Source: Deltaproteobacteria bacterium
GTDB taxonomy: Bacteria; Myxococcota; Kuafuiibacteriia; Kuafuiibacteriales; Kuafuiibacteriaceae
DNA: 64,000 nt
Direction of reading: 5' to 3'
NCBI GenBank assembly: GCA_040218735.1
Contig: JAVJQW010000011.1
Coordinates: 456,426 to 520,425 of the forward strand
Of the stretch, positions 10,347 through 19,823 are shown one piece after another; within the stretch, counting starts at the first letter, position 1; each line of letters begins with the position of its first letter. The notes under the pieces are model-generated. The model had not been told where the DNA came from. It did no database searches and saw only the letters and a program-made list of their open reading frames with translations. The position numbers were made by a program, and so were the translations under genes.

Positions 10347-12118
10347 AGCGACTCGCCTGGTTGCTGCTGCTCGTCGCGTGCAAGGGCACGTCGTCGACTT
10401 CGTCCGAAGCACCCGACGCGATCCGCTACGTCGCCGTCGTGGAGCTCGACGACGCGGGTGATGTCGTCGCGAGCGGACCGCTCACCTCGTGGGCGCCGAC
10501 GGACCCGCTGTTCGTCGCGGCCCGCGGCTCGAACGTCCGGCTGGTGGGGTACGACGAAGCGACGTTGGCGGCGGTCGGCATCCTCGACGTCGCCGCGGAG
10601 GGGCCGCTGTTCCTCTCCGCCGCGGAGGGCTGCGACCCGCGGCTCCCGGACGCGACGTGGATCGCGGCGTGGTCCCCGAGCGCGGTGCAGACGCTGGACG
10701 ACGCCCCGACGCCAGCGCTGACCGCACCGCGCCTGGAGTCGATCTGCCCCGACCTGTCCCCCGACATCTCGGTCGACGTCGCGTGCGCCGAGCCCAGGTG
10801 CACGCCGAACGTCGTGGCGCGCGACGCGTGCGCGCGCACGGTCGAGTTGGACTGCGCACCAGGCACCCAGATGACGATCCACGTGGATCCGGCGGGGCGT
10901 GTTTGCTCCGAGCTTTCGTCGTCGTTCGGCGCGTGCACGTCGATGGCTTCGACGATCGGCTACGCGTCGAACGTGTGTGGGTCGTGCCGCATCGACACCT
11001 ACGCGCCGACCGCCGCCGCCACCTCGGGCCTCGCGACGCAGGTGGTGAAGATCGTGCCCGGAGAGTTGAGGCAACCGCGCAACGTCGGGATGAATCGGCA
11101 GCCGTTCCGCCAAGAGTTCTACGAGGGCTACGTCCTCGACATGATCGCGCTGCCGGACCGCATCATCGTGCTCGGCCCCGAAGGCGGGTACGGGAAGCGC
11201 TGCAACGTCCCGCCCGACACCGCGAACCCGATGCGCTTGTTCTTCCTCGACCCGGACACGCTGACCGTGACCTCGTCCCGGGCCACCGAGGTGTGTCTCA
11301 CCGCGATCGAAGCCGATGTGCACTCCGACGGGTTCGTGGGCGTGTTTGGCATCTTCAAACAGTGGCACCTCGGCCGCTTCGACCCCGACGGCAACCTCGT
11401 GGACCGCGCTGACTTCGACCCCGCAGCCTTTAGCGCCGACGGGGAAGACGGCGGCATCCACGAGCTGCACTTCGTCAACGATGACGCGACGATCGTGGTC
11501 ATGGCGAACATCCGCCCCACCAACCCCCCGATCCTCGGAGGCGTTCGGACCTTCGACGCCCGGACCCTCGCGCCGATCGACCGCTTCGGCTTCCCGTCGC
11601 GCCGCATCGAGTACGCGGCGCCGGGCGAAGGCACGACACTCTACGGCTTCGAGTCACGCGAGCTCGACCGCGACTGGTACGCCATCGACCTGGAGACCGG
11701 GACCCTCAATGGCGTCCGCTCGCTCCCGGTGGACCAGCAGTTCCGCTCCTCGTCCTTCGCCGTGCTCCAAAAGGATGGGTATCTGTTCACCGGCGGACGC
11801 GGTCACGACGCCGTCTACGCGCTCGACCCCACGACAGATGAAGTCTGGAGCGCGAGCGCCCACGTCTTCGACCTTCACATCTTCACAATGCAAACGTGGC
11901 CCGCGGACCCGAGCCTGATCGTCGTGGCGGGGGGCACGGAGACGTTCTACGCCGGCGGGGCGATGCTCTTCGACCCGGCCGACCGGCGCTTCCGCTACGC
12001 CCACGCGGTGGGTTTCTCGGAGTCGGCCGTCACGAACCTCACCGACGACCTGCGCGGCGGCGTCCTCGGCGTCCTGCCCTGGACCGGGGAGATCGTGCGC
12101 ATCACCGCGGATCCCTGA
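10343..12118 (+). CDS. Lipoprotein with a Cys-rich middle region and probable C-terminal beta-propeller (591 aa)
   Basis: GTGA overlap with the upstream stop; VKRLAWLLLLVAC lipobox; blade-like repeats such as FFLDPDTL, TFDARTL, AIDLETG, ALDPTT. Confidence 0.75.
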   Translation: MKRLAWLLLLVACKGTSSTSSEAPDAIRYVAVVELDDAGDVVASGPLTSWAPTDPLFVAARGSNVRLVGYDEATLAAVGILDVAAEGPLFLSAAEGCDPRLPDATWIAAWSPSAVQTLDDAPTPALTAPRLESICPDLSPDISVDVACAEPRCTPNVVARDACARTVELDCAPGTQMTIHVDPAGRVCSELSSSFGACTSMASTIGYASNVCGSCRIDTYAPTAAATSGLATQVVKIVPGELRQPRNVGMNRQPFRQEFYEGYVLDMIALPDRIIVLGPEGGYGKRCNVPPDTANPMRLFFLDPDTLTVTSSRATEVCLTAIEADVHSDGFVGVFGIFKQWHLGRFDPDGNLVDRADFDPAAFSADGEDGGIHELHFVNDDATIVVMANIRPTNPPILGGVRTFDARTLAPIDRFGFPSRRIEYAAPGEGTTLYGFESRELDRDWYAIDLETGTLNGVRSLPVDQQFRSSSFAVLQKDGYLFTGGRGHDAVYALDPTTDEVWSASAHVFDLHIFTMQTWPADPSLIVVAGGTETFYAGGAMLFDPADRRFRYAHAVGFSESAVTNLTDDLRGGVLGVLPWTGEIVRITADP

Positions 12119-12120
12119 GA

Positions 12121-13035
12121 TCAGAGCTCGGTGATTTCGAAGCGCGGCACGCCGAAGCGGCGCTGGCCGCGCCGCGACTCGACGATCCCCGCGGAGCCCT
12201 CGATCCCCGCCTTCGCGAACTGCTGGCGGGCGCGGTGGATCATCACGTCGATCATGTTGCGACCGACCTTCAGCATGTCGCAGAGGTCGTCGACCTTGCG
12301 CCAGCCGCGGTCGGAGAGCGCGACGTCGTTGGCCTCGTCCTCGGCGTACGCGCGCGCGAGGGTGAGCAACAGGTAGCTGTGCTCGCGCGCCTCGAGATCG
12401 GATTCGATGCCGTGGAAGATCGCGGTCGCCACGACCGTCTCCTCGTCGCGGCTCACGGCGAGGCGTAGCGACAGGTTCGACAGCGTCCGGGCTACCGCGT
12501 ACATCGGGGTCTCTTCCGCCGCGGCGGGGAGCTCCAGCTTGAAGCTCTTGCCCTCGACCACGATCACCTGACCGTCGTCGACCGGCGTGGTGTCGCCGTC
12601 GGCGTCCTCCATCACCCAACCGACGCCGTCCTTCGACGGGTGCACGGAGACCCGCGGGGCCTCTTCGGTCGGGAGGACGAGGTAGTCCCCCTCCGCGATG
12701 CGCGGCGCCTGGGACTCCTGGTCGACCGCCATGAGGCGCGGCCCCTCGACGTCGATGACGCGCCAGCCGCCGTTCGAGTCGCCGAAGCCGACGGTCGCGC
12801 CGACCTCCAACGCCACCGGCTCGCCGGGCTTCAGACGTTGGCCGTCGACGAAGGTGCCGTTGCGCGATCCGAGATCGCGGATCTCCCACGCGGTCCCCAT
12901 CCAGGTGACACGCGCGTGCTCACCCGAGGCGTAGGCCTCCTCGAGGCGAACGTTGCACCCCGGCGATCGCCCCAAGAGGCAACGCGAGGACAGGGGGAGC
13001 TCGACTCCGTCCGATAGCCGCCGAAACCGCGCCAA
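12121..13035 (-). CDS. FHA-domain protein with a C-terminal winged-helix-like DNA-binding domain
   Basis: FHA motifs LGRS, SGEHA and DLGSRNGT; C-terminal IDVMIHRARQQF...IVESRRGQRRF. Confidence 0.85.
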   Translation of the reverse strand: MARFRRLSDGVELPLSSRCLLGRSPGCNVRLEEAYASGEHARVTWMGTAWEIRDLGSRNGTFVDGQRLKPGEPVALEVGATVGFGDSNGGWRVIDVEGPRLMAVDQESQAPRIAEGDYLVLPTEEAPRVSVHPSKDGVGWVMEDADGDTTPVDDGQVIVVEGKSFKLELPAAAEETPMYAVARTLSNLSLRLAVSRDEETVVATAIFHGIESDLEAREHSYLLLTLARAYAEDEANDVALSDRGWRKVDDLCDMLKVGRNMIDVMIHRARQQFAKAGIEGSAGIVESRRGQRRFGVPRFEITEL

Positions 13036-13061
13036 CGCGCGGCGAGTCTACCATGCGATGG

Positions 13062-14228
13062 CTACTGCGCGAGGATGTGACCCGCGCCGAACGCCGTGAC
13101 CCCCGCCGCACCGCCGACGAGCAGCGCCCACCACGGCGGCGCGTCCCGCTCGCCCCACCACAGCGCGCCGAGCGCCCACGTCAGACCGGCCGTGAGGAGG
13201 CCACCCGCGAGCGCGCCCGTGACGACCCCCGAGGGGTTCACGTCCGCCGCGATGGTGGTCGGCGCCGCGCCCGCGTCGTAACCCAACGTGAGGCCCCCAC
13301 GAACCGCACAGTCGGTCGAGGACCCCGAGCGCGACACGCAGCTGAAGTCGACGTCGTCGTTCGCGCGAACGAGGGACCACACGCCGAACGCGACGCCGGT
13401 CGCGGCGACGATCCCGCCGCCCACGAGCGTCGCCGTGCGCAAGGGATGTTGCGCAATGGGCGGCGGGAGGAAGACGACCTGGGCGGTGCTCCCGCGCTCG
13501 ACGTCGACCTCGTGCGCGGAGACAAACGCGCCCGCGCGTCCTTCGATCCGGTGCGACCCCGGGAGCACGCCGGTCACCGTCACCTGGCCACGCGGCACCG
13601 GGCCGACGATGGCTTCGTCGACGACGAGATCGAACCCCTCTGAGGGGACGGCGACCTCGACCGTCCCGTAGGGCCTCCACTGACCGTCGGCTTCGAGCTT
13701 CGCCCGGAGCGTCTGTTCGACCGTCGCGACGAAGTAGGCCTCGAGCGCCGCGGCGTCCGACGTATCCAACGTCTGCGGGGCTCCCACGACCGACGACGAG
13801 AAGATCTCGGCCTCCGCTTTGTCGCGCCACGACGGATCGCCCCCGTCGAGCCAACGCCGGTAAATCTCGTGCGACGCCTTCACATCGACGAAGAACGTGA
13901 TCAACCGATCGCGCCCGTCCGGGAGCGGCTGAACCGCGAGCGCCCAGAAGTAACGCACCGGCCCCGCCCGCATCGTCTTCGTCCAACAGCTCAAGCGCGA
14001 CTCGACCGGACAACGATCGATCGCATCCGGGGCCACGCCGGCGCGCTCCATCGACCACACCTCGAGGCCGGTCCGCTCCACCAACGCATCCGCCGCCGCC
14101 GCGTAGACCGCGGCGCTCGGCGCCTTCGACGTCACGTCCGGCGGCGACACGAGGTACATCGCGGCCGGCACGCGGTCCGCGACGGAGACGACGTGCGCCG
14201 CCACGAGCGCCGCCCACAGCGCGTTCAC
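13062..14228 (-). CDS. Secreted/membrane PEGA-like protein
   Basis: Signal peptide; CPVESRLSCW; PEGA-like GFDLVVDEAIVG...VLPGSHRIE; C-terminal hydrophobic segments; translationally coupled to the kinase gene. Confidence 0.7.
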   Translation of the reverse strand: MNALWAALVAAHVVSVADRVPAAMYLVSPPDVTSKAPSAAVYAAAADALVERTGLEVWSMERAGVAPDAIDRCPVESRLSCWTKTMRAGPVRYFWALAVQPLPDGRDRLITFFVDVKASHEIYRRWLDGGDPSWRDKAEAEIFSSSVVGAPQTLDTSDAAALEAYFVATVEQTLRAKLEADGQWRPYGTVEVAVPSEGFDLVVDEAIVGPVPRGQVTVTGVLPGSHRIEGRAGAFVSAHEVDVERGSTAQVVFLPPPIAQHPLRTATLVGGGIVAATGVAFGVWSLVRANDDVDFSCVSRSGSSTDCAVRGGLTLGYDAGAAPTTIAADVNPSGVVTGALAGGLLTAGLTWALGALWWGERDAPPWWALLVGGAAGVTAFGAGHILAQ

Positions 14229-16168
14229 GACGACGCGCGCTCCAACGCACGCAGCGCGCGCTCCAACCCCGCGACGTCCGCCATCACTCGGCTCGTCTCC
14301 ACCATCCGGATGATCCGATCTCGCGCCCGCTCGTCGGAGAGGCGCTTGGCCGCACCGACGAGCCCATCCGCGAGCGCCTCGAGCGCGTCCGCATCGGACG
14401 GCGACGACTTCACCCGCGCGAGCATCGAACGCAAGCGGCCCGACGCAGGCTTCGGCGCTTCCTCGACAGGCGGAGGCGGCGGTGGCGTACGTGGGGCGAC
14501 CGGAGTCTCACGCGCGCGGCGACGACGACGCTTCGTCGATCGCGCGGGTTCGATCGGCGGCGGCGCCTCCTCGACGGACTTCGCCGTGACCTGCACCGAC
14601 GGCGCGGCGGTCGCTCCGGGGACCGCCGAGGCCTGAGGCGTCCGCTCCGAGAACGGCACGCCAAACACGGCGATCACCACCAGCGCCACCGCGATCCCGA
14701 CGACCGCCGCGACGATCGGCGCCGCGCGGCTGGGCGAAGAGCGCACCGCCGTGCGGGTACGATCGTCGAAGACCGCGGTCGTGTCGGGCGACGCGCCGTC
14801 GAAGGCCACCGACGCCTGCCCCAGCGGGGCGCGCCCGTCGAGCGGCGTGGGATCGAGGGGAGGCTCCTCTTGCGGGACGATGACGGGCGTGGGCGCGGGG
14901 GCCTCCACCTCGAGCTCTTGCGTCACACCGACGATGGGCGCCGGGACGTCGGAGCGCGACACCACCGCGACCGCATCGGTCGGCGCCGCCGTAGGATCGA
15001 CGACCTCGATCGTCTGCGTGTTCACCTGCGCGGCCCGCGGAACGTCGGGCACGGCATTCTCGGCCGTGGGGAGCGTCGCCGGATCGAGGACAGACTCCCC
15101 GCTCACATCCTCGGACGCGACGATCAAGGAAGACGCACGCCGCGGAACGACGCCGGTGGTGTCTTGCGCCTCGCCGGGCGGAGCGATCGTGCTGCCGCGG
15201 CGGCGTCCGCGCTCCACGACGTACGTCGCGTCGACCTCCGCGAGCACCACGCCGTCGAGCGCGTCGCGCGTCGCTTCACCGAGCTCGGCGACGGACGTGA
15301 ACCGCTCCTCGGCGTCGGCCGCGAGTGCGCGCTTCACGACCTCGGCGATCGCGCTCGGCAGCTCGGGACGAACCTCCCGCACGTCCGGCCGCGCCGCGGT
15401 GCAGATCCGACGGAACAACCCCAGCGGGCGGTTCTCGATGATCTGCGGGATGGGTCCATCGTACGCGTGCTGATGCCCGCCCTGCCCGTCCAGCACCCAC
15501 GCGCGACGCAGCGTGAGCATCTCGAACAACAACACCCCGAGCGAGTATTGATCCGCGCGGTGATCGATCTCCTCCCCCGCCGCCATCTCCGGCGCGAGCG
15601 ACGCGGGGGTGCCGATGATGCGACCGAGCGTCGTCGCGTGGGAGCGGTCGGCGTCCATCAACTTCGCGACACCGAAGTCCACGACGCGCGCGGACACCTC
15701 GTCGCCCGTTGTGTCGAGCAAGACGTTCGCCGCGGAGAGATCTCGGTGCAGCACGTTCTTCGAGTGCGCGTAGTCGACCGCCGACGTGAGCTCGGTGAAG
15801 AGACGAATGAGCAGGTCGGTCGTGAAGTGCCGGTCCGTCGGCGCGCGCCGACCGAGCTCCTCCTTGAGGCTGTGCCCCGCGACGAAGTCCATCGCGATGT
15901 ACGGCGCGACGGTGTCCATCCGGAACGCGTGACAGCGGGCGATGTTCGGGTGGTCGAACTCGAGGAGCACCGTCGCCTCGCGCGCGAAGCGCTCCAGCGC
16001 CCGGATCTGTTTACGGAGGTGAGCGTGGACGAGCTTGAGCGCGACCTCGGTCTGCGTGCGCGTGTCCTGAGCGAGCCACACGGTCGCCCCGCCGCCCTGG
16101 CCGAGGCGCCGGAGCAACACGAACCGGTCGTCGACGACCGATCCCGAGCTCGTGTTCTCCTCGGTCAT
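14225..16168 (-). CDS. Membrane-anchored Hanks-type Ser/Thr protein kinase
   Basis: LGQGGGATV, VALK, HRDLSAAN, DFG, APE, DQYSLG; low-complexity linker; one TM helix. Confidence 0.92.
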   Translation of the reverse strand: MTEENTSSGSVVDDRFVLLRRLGQGGGATVWLAQDTRTQTEVALKLVHAHLRKQIRALERFAREATVLLEFDHPNIARCHAFRMDTVAPYIAMDFVAGHSLKEELGRRAPTDRHFTTDLLIRLFTELTSAVDYAHSKNVLHRDLSAANVLLDTTGDEVSARVVDFGVAKLMDADRSHATTLGRIIGTPASLAPEMAAGEEIDHRADQYSLGVLLFEMLTLRRAWVLDGQGGHQHAYDGPIPQIIENRPLGLFRRICTAARPDVREVRPELPSAIAEVVKRALAADAEERFTSVAELGEATRDALDGVVLAEVDATYVVERGRRRGSTIAPPGEAQDTTGVVPRRASSLIVASEDVSGESVLDPATLPTAENAVPDVPRAAQVNTQTIEVVDPTAAPTDAVAVVSRSDVPAPIVGVTQELEVEAPAPTPVIVPQEEPPLDPTPLDGRAPLGQASVAFDGASPDTTAVFDDRTRTAVRSSPSRAAPIVAAVVGIAVALVVIAVFGVPFSERTPQASAVPGATAAPSVQVTAKSVEEAPPPIEPARSTKRRRRRARETPVAPRTPPPPPPVEEAPKPASGRLRSMLARVKSSPSDADALEALADGLVGAAKRLSDERARDRIIRMVETSRVMADVAGLERALRALERASS

Positions 16169-16199
16169 CTCCCCTGATGCTATAGGACCCGCGGACGCG

Positions 16200-16856
16200 A
16201 TGCTGCCCCCCGACTTCTTCGATCGCGACGCCCGGACCGTCGCCCAGGCCCTGTTGGGGAAGGTCCTGCGTCGCCGCTACGGTGACCTCTGGCTCTCGGC
16301 CGCGATCGTCGAGACGGAAGCGTACTACCGACGCGAGAAGGGCAGCCACGCGTCGTTGGGGCGCACCCCGAGCCGCGAAGCCCTCTTCATGCCCGCCGGG
16401 ACGATCTACATGTACTACGCGCGCGGCGGAGATTCCTTGAACGTCAGCTGTCGCGGCCCCGGCAACGCGGTGCTCTTCAAAGCCGGGCGCCCCTTCCTGG
16501 ACGAACGGTCTGGCGCGGAAGCACGCGCGGCGATGCACCGCCTCAACCCGCTGAAGGATCGGCAGCGCCCCGACCACCGGCTCTGCGCGGGCCAGACGCT
16601 TCTGTGCCGAGCCCTCGACCTGCGCGTGCCGGACTGGACCACGAAGTCGTTCAACACGGAGCTTCACCTCGAGGACGTCGGCGCCCGGCCGTCGAGGATC
16701 GTCGTCGCGCGGAGGCTCGGCATCCCGAAGGGTCGCGACGAGCACTTGATGTACCGCTTCGTCGACTACGATCATCTGCGCAGCGCGACGCAGAACCCGA
16801 TGCCGCGCAGCGCGGTGGAGGGGGTCGACTACCTGGTGCGAAAGGCCCGCGGATGA
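16200..16856 (+). CDS. mpg: DNA-3-methyladenine glycosylase, AAG/MPG family
   Basis: FFDRDARTVAQALLGK, IVETEAY, SHA, GTIYMY, LNVS, GNAVL, RLGI. Confidence 0.9.
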   Translation: MLPPDFFDRDARTVAQALLGKVLRRRYGDLWLSAAIVETEAYYRREKGSHASLGRTPSREALFMPAGTIYMYYARGGDSLNVSCRGPGNAVLFKAGRPFLDERSGAEARAAMHRLNPLKDRQRPDHRLCAGQTLLCRALDLRVPDWTTKSFNTELHLEDVGARPSRIVVARRLGIPKGRDEHLMYRFVDYDHLRSATQNPMPRSAVEGVDYLVRKARG

Positions 16857-17338
16857 GTGACCCGACGAAGCAGATGAAGACCATGTCGATGGTCTGTCTG
16901 ATCCTCGGGCCGATGATGATCATCCTCGCGCTCGTCACCCACGGCGCGTTGCGCCTGTACGACTACGCGGTCGAACAGCAGTTGCCGATGGAGACATTGG
17001 GCGGCACGACCGACCTCCTCTTCGGCTTCGCGCGCAGCTCCTTCCCCTGGATGCTCGGCCTCGGCGTGACCTTCGGCGTGACCGGGTTCATCGGACGCGG
17101 CGGCGGCCAGCGCGGGCGCAAGTCCCTCGTGGTCGCGGGGTGGATCGGCACGGTCGGGATGGTCGCGCTGACGTTGCTGTGGGTGCTGGAGGTCCACCGC
17201 CTCGACATGCACTGGCTCTGGCACGTCATCGGCGTGGTGCTGCACGGGGTTCAGCTCGTCGCGATGATCCGCGGCCTCCTCTACCTCATGAGCGAGAAGG
17301 CGATCCGCGCGGCGGACGGCGTCGCACCGCAGCCTTGA
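16853..17338 (+). CDS. Four-TM membrane protein (161 aa)
   Basis: ATGA overlap with the mpg stop; four hydrophobic segments. Confidence 0.75.
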   Translation: MSDPTKQMKTMSMVCLILGPMMIILALVTHGALRLYDYAVEQQLPMETLGGTTDLLFGFARSSFPWMLGLGVTFGVTGFIGRGGGQRGRKSLVVAGWIGTVGMVALTLLWVLEVHRLDMHWLWHVIGVVLHGVQLVAMIRGLLYLMSEKAIRAADGVAPQP

Positions 17339-19823
17339 TCACCCGTTTGTGATCGAACGCGAGGCGCGGGAGCGCGTCGAGCGCGTACCACTTCGCGTCG
17401 CGGGCATCGTCACCGCCGACGATCGGGCGGTCGGCGTACGCGTCGGGGAGCTCGACCGAGAACGCCGTCGATCGGCTCCACGCGACGGGGGTGTCACGCG
17501 TGTCGCGCGCGTGGCCCTCGAACACACCGACCTCCATGAGCGCGTCCGCAATCGCCGACAGGTCGAGGCCGGTCTCCTCGTGTAGCTCGCGGACCGCAGC
17601 GCTGCGCGCGTCTTCGGAGGCGACGAACGGCGCACCGAGCTCGGCGTCGGTCTCGCGGAAGCCGCCGGGGAGCGCCCACGCGAGCGGCTCCGACGCAGCG
17701 TCGGCGTCGCGCTGGATCAGGAGCACCTCGTCGCCGCGGAAGACGACGCAGTCGACGACCTCGTTGGCGCCGCGGTGCCAGAACGGCGCGGACGGCCCCA
17801 TGCGATCCAGCGCGGCGAACACCTGCGCGGCGGAGTCGACGACGCGCCCCGGATCCACCGCGGCGTGCTCGCGAGCGGCGCCGGGCACCGCGGCGAACAG
17901 CGCGCGCCGAAGGCGGAGGTTGGCGGCGGTCTGGATCTCGTCGTTCACGATCGGGCCACCGCCCACGAACACCGCGACGCCGTCCGTCGCCGCGACGTGG
18001 GTGTAGAGCGCCGACGCCTTGTCGTAGAAGGAGTCGCCGACGCACAGGAACGCCGTGACGCGATCGTCGAGCGCGTCGGGTGTCACGGAGGTACCCACGA
18101 CGCCGACGACCTCGGCGGGCGCGAGCCCGTGGAGCACGCCCTCGACGCCGTGGCAGGTGCCGCCGGTGAACAGGACGTGCCGCTCCGGATCCAGCCGCGC
18201 GACCAGCTCGGCGAGGAACGCTTCGGCGACCTCGCGCTCCTGCTCCGACCACTTCGCGTAGCTGTGTTTCCAGGCGCCCGCGACGGAGACGATGCGGCGG
18301 CCCGCGAGGTAGCCGTCGACGTCGTCGATCGTCGGCCGTCCCGTCGCGGTGAGCGCGGCAGCGAAGCGTTCTTCATGCTCCGCTCGCTCCGCGCGCTTGG
18401 CCGCCGCGACCTCGGGGGTGAAGTGCACGAGCGGCGGGTCGGGGTCGACTTCGATCTCGGCCAGACGGCTTGCTTCGTCGTTCGCGCGCCGCGCGAGGAG
18501 CCGCGCCTCGGTGCGAGCGACGTGTTCCAGATGCACGTCCTCCAGCCCTGCGAGGCGGGCGGTCTCGAGCGCGTCGGGGATCGAGGTGCGGTACAGCCCG
18601 GGGCCGTCGGTGCCGATCACGATCGGCACCCCGGCGTCCGCGTACCGAGCGATAGGTGCCTCCGGACAGCGCTTCAGGTTGTTGAGCGCGTAGTTGGAGT
18701 CGAGGTTGAACTCGACGATCACGTCGCGCGCGCGCAGCGTGGCGAGCGTCGCGTCGTCCACGCCGTACAGACCGTGACCGATGCGCAGCTCGACGTCGTA
18801 GGGCCCGACGATCTCCAACGCGCGACGCACGTTGTTCGGGTGCGCCGGGTTCTCGCCCGCGTGTACGCGCACCACGAAGCCGGGGCGGTTTGCGTCGGCC
18901 CACTTCGCGACGGCCTCGAGCTGGGCAGCGAACGCATCGGTCGGGTTCGTCTCGTGGCCCATGAAGTCGACGCCCGCGAGGTAGAGGCTCTCCTTCTTGC
19001 GATCGATCCGCGCGAGCATGTCGAGGTCCCACTCCAGATCGTCTTGGCGATGGAACGCGACGAGGAAGCGGAGCGCGACGCCGGTGTCGGCCTCGATCGC
19101 GGGGAGGCAGCGCTGCGCAACCTCGAACCACTCCGCGCGCACGACGTCGAACAACGACAGCTCCGCGTACCTCACGCCCGTCGCGGCGTAGTCCTCCGCG
19201 ATGCGACGCAGCTGCGCCGGCAACAGCGGGAGGTGTTTCGTGATCGGCGAACGCCGCCGGTACACGTCGCTCATCGCCGCGAACGGGACCTGCCGGTCCG
19301 CGGGGATCGCGAGGCGCTCCGCGAGTGTCCGCCGCACCGAAGACGAGAGCCGGTCGACGCGGCCGTCCGTCTGGCGAATGCCCAACGCGTCGAGGTCCGG
19401 GTAGACGAGCTCCGCCTCGACCGCGACCTCGACGAGCGCTTCCGCGGTGAGGCACCCCGCGAAGTGGGTGTGCAGATCCGTCCGCAGCGCAACGTTCGCC
19501 GTGCCCCGTCGCCGCGGGTGCACGGTGCCGGTCTCGGCCATGAACCGCGCCTCGTACGGCGTGAGGCGGCGAACCTCGAAGAGCGCGCCGCCCTCGACCC
19601 TCGCGACCGGATCCCCCAGGAGCACCGTCGCGTCGTCCTCCGTCGGCGCCGAGAACGTCGCCGGATCCAACCGCCGCGTCCCGCGCGCGTCACGGATCTC
19701 GAGGGCCCCCAGCAACGCTTCGTGCAGCGGCGACCGCCGATCGTTCGGAGGCGGCGGGAGGTGAAGCCGACCCGCGTCGAGGACGAGCACGTGCTCGCCC
19801 GCCGGATCCAGCGCGACGGTCAC
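17286..19823 (-). CDS. Fusion of adenosine-deaminase-like, SLOG/LOG-like and Nudix (ADP-ribose pyrophosphatase-like) domains
   Basis: Deaminase motifs DLHTH, HAGE, RIGHG, GTDG; SLOG-like VSVAG, FTGGTCHGVEG, VFVGGG; Nudix WALPGGF...RELHEETGL...GGDDA...LAFDH. Confidence 0.8.
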   Translation of the reverse strand: MTVALDPAGEHVLVLDAGRLHLPPPPNDRRSPLHEALLGALEIRDARGTRRLDPATFSAPTEDDATVLLGDPVARVEGGALFEVRRLTPYEARFMAETGTVHPRRRGTANVALRTDLHTHFAGCLTAEALVEVAVEAELVYPDLDALGIRQTDGRVDRLSSSVRRTLAERLAIPADRQVPFAAMSDVYRRRSPITKHLPLLPAQLRRIAEDYAATGVRYAELSLFDVVRAEWFEVAQRCLPAIEADTGVALRFLVAFHRQDDLEWDLDMLARIDRKKESLYLAGVDFMGHETNPTDAFAAQLEAVAKWADANRPGFVVRVHAGENPAHPNNVRRALEIVGPYDVELRIGHGLYGVDDATLATLRARDVIVEFNLDSNYALNNLKRCPEAPIARYADAGVPIVIGTDGPGLYRTSIPDALETARLAGLEDVHLEHVARTEARLLARRANDEASRLAEIEVDPDPPLVHFTPEVAAAKRAERAEHEERFAAALTATGRPTIDDVDGYLAGRRIVSVAGAWKHSYAKWSEQEREVAEAFLAELVARLDPERHVLFTGGTCHGVEGVLHGLAPAEVVGVVGTSVTPDALDDRVTAFLCVGDSFYDKASALYTHVAATDGVAVFVGGGPIVNDEIQTAANLRLRRALFAAVPGAAREHAAVDPGRVVDSAAQVFAALDRMGPSAPFWHRGANEVVDCVVFRGDEVLLIQRDADAASEPLAWALPGGFRETDAELGAPFVASEDARSAAVRELHEETGLDLSAIADALMEVGVFEGHARDTRDTPVAWSRSTAFSVELPDAYADRPIVGGDDARDAKWYALDALPRLAFDHKRVIKAAVRRRPPRGSPSRS

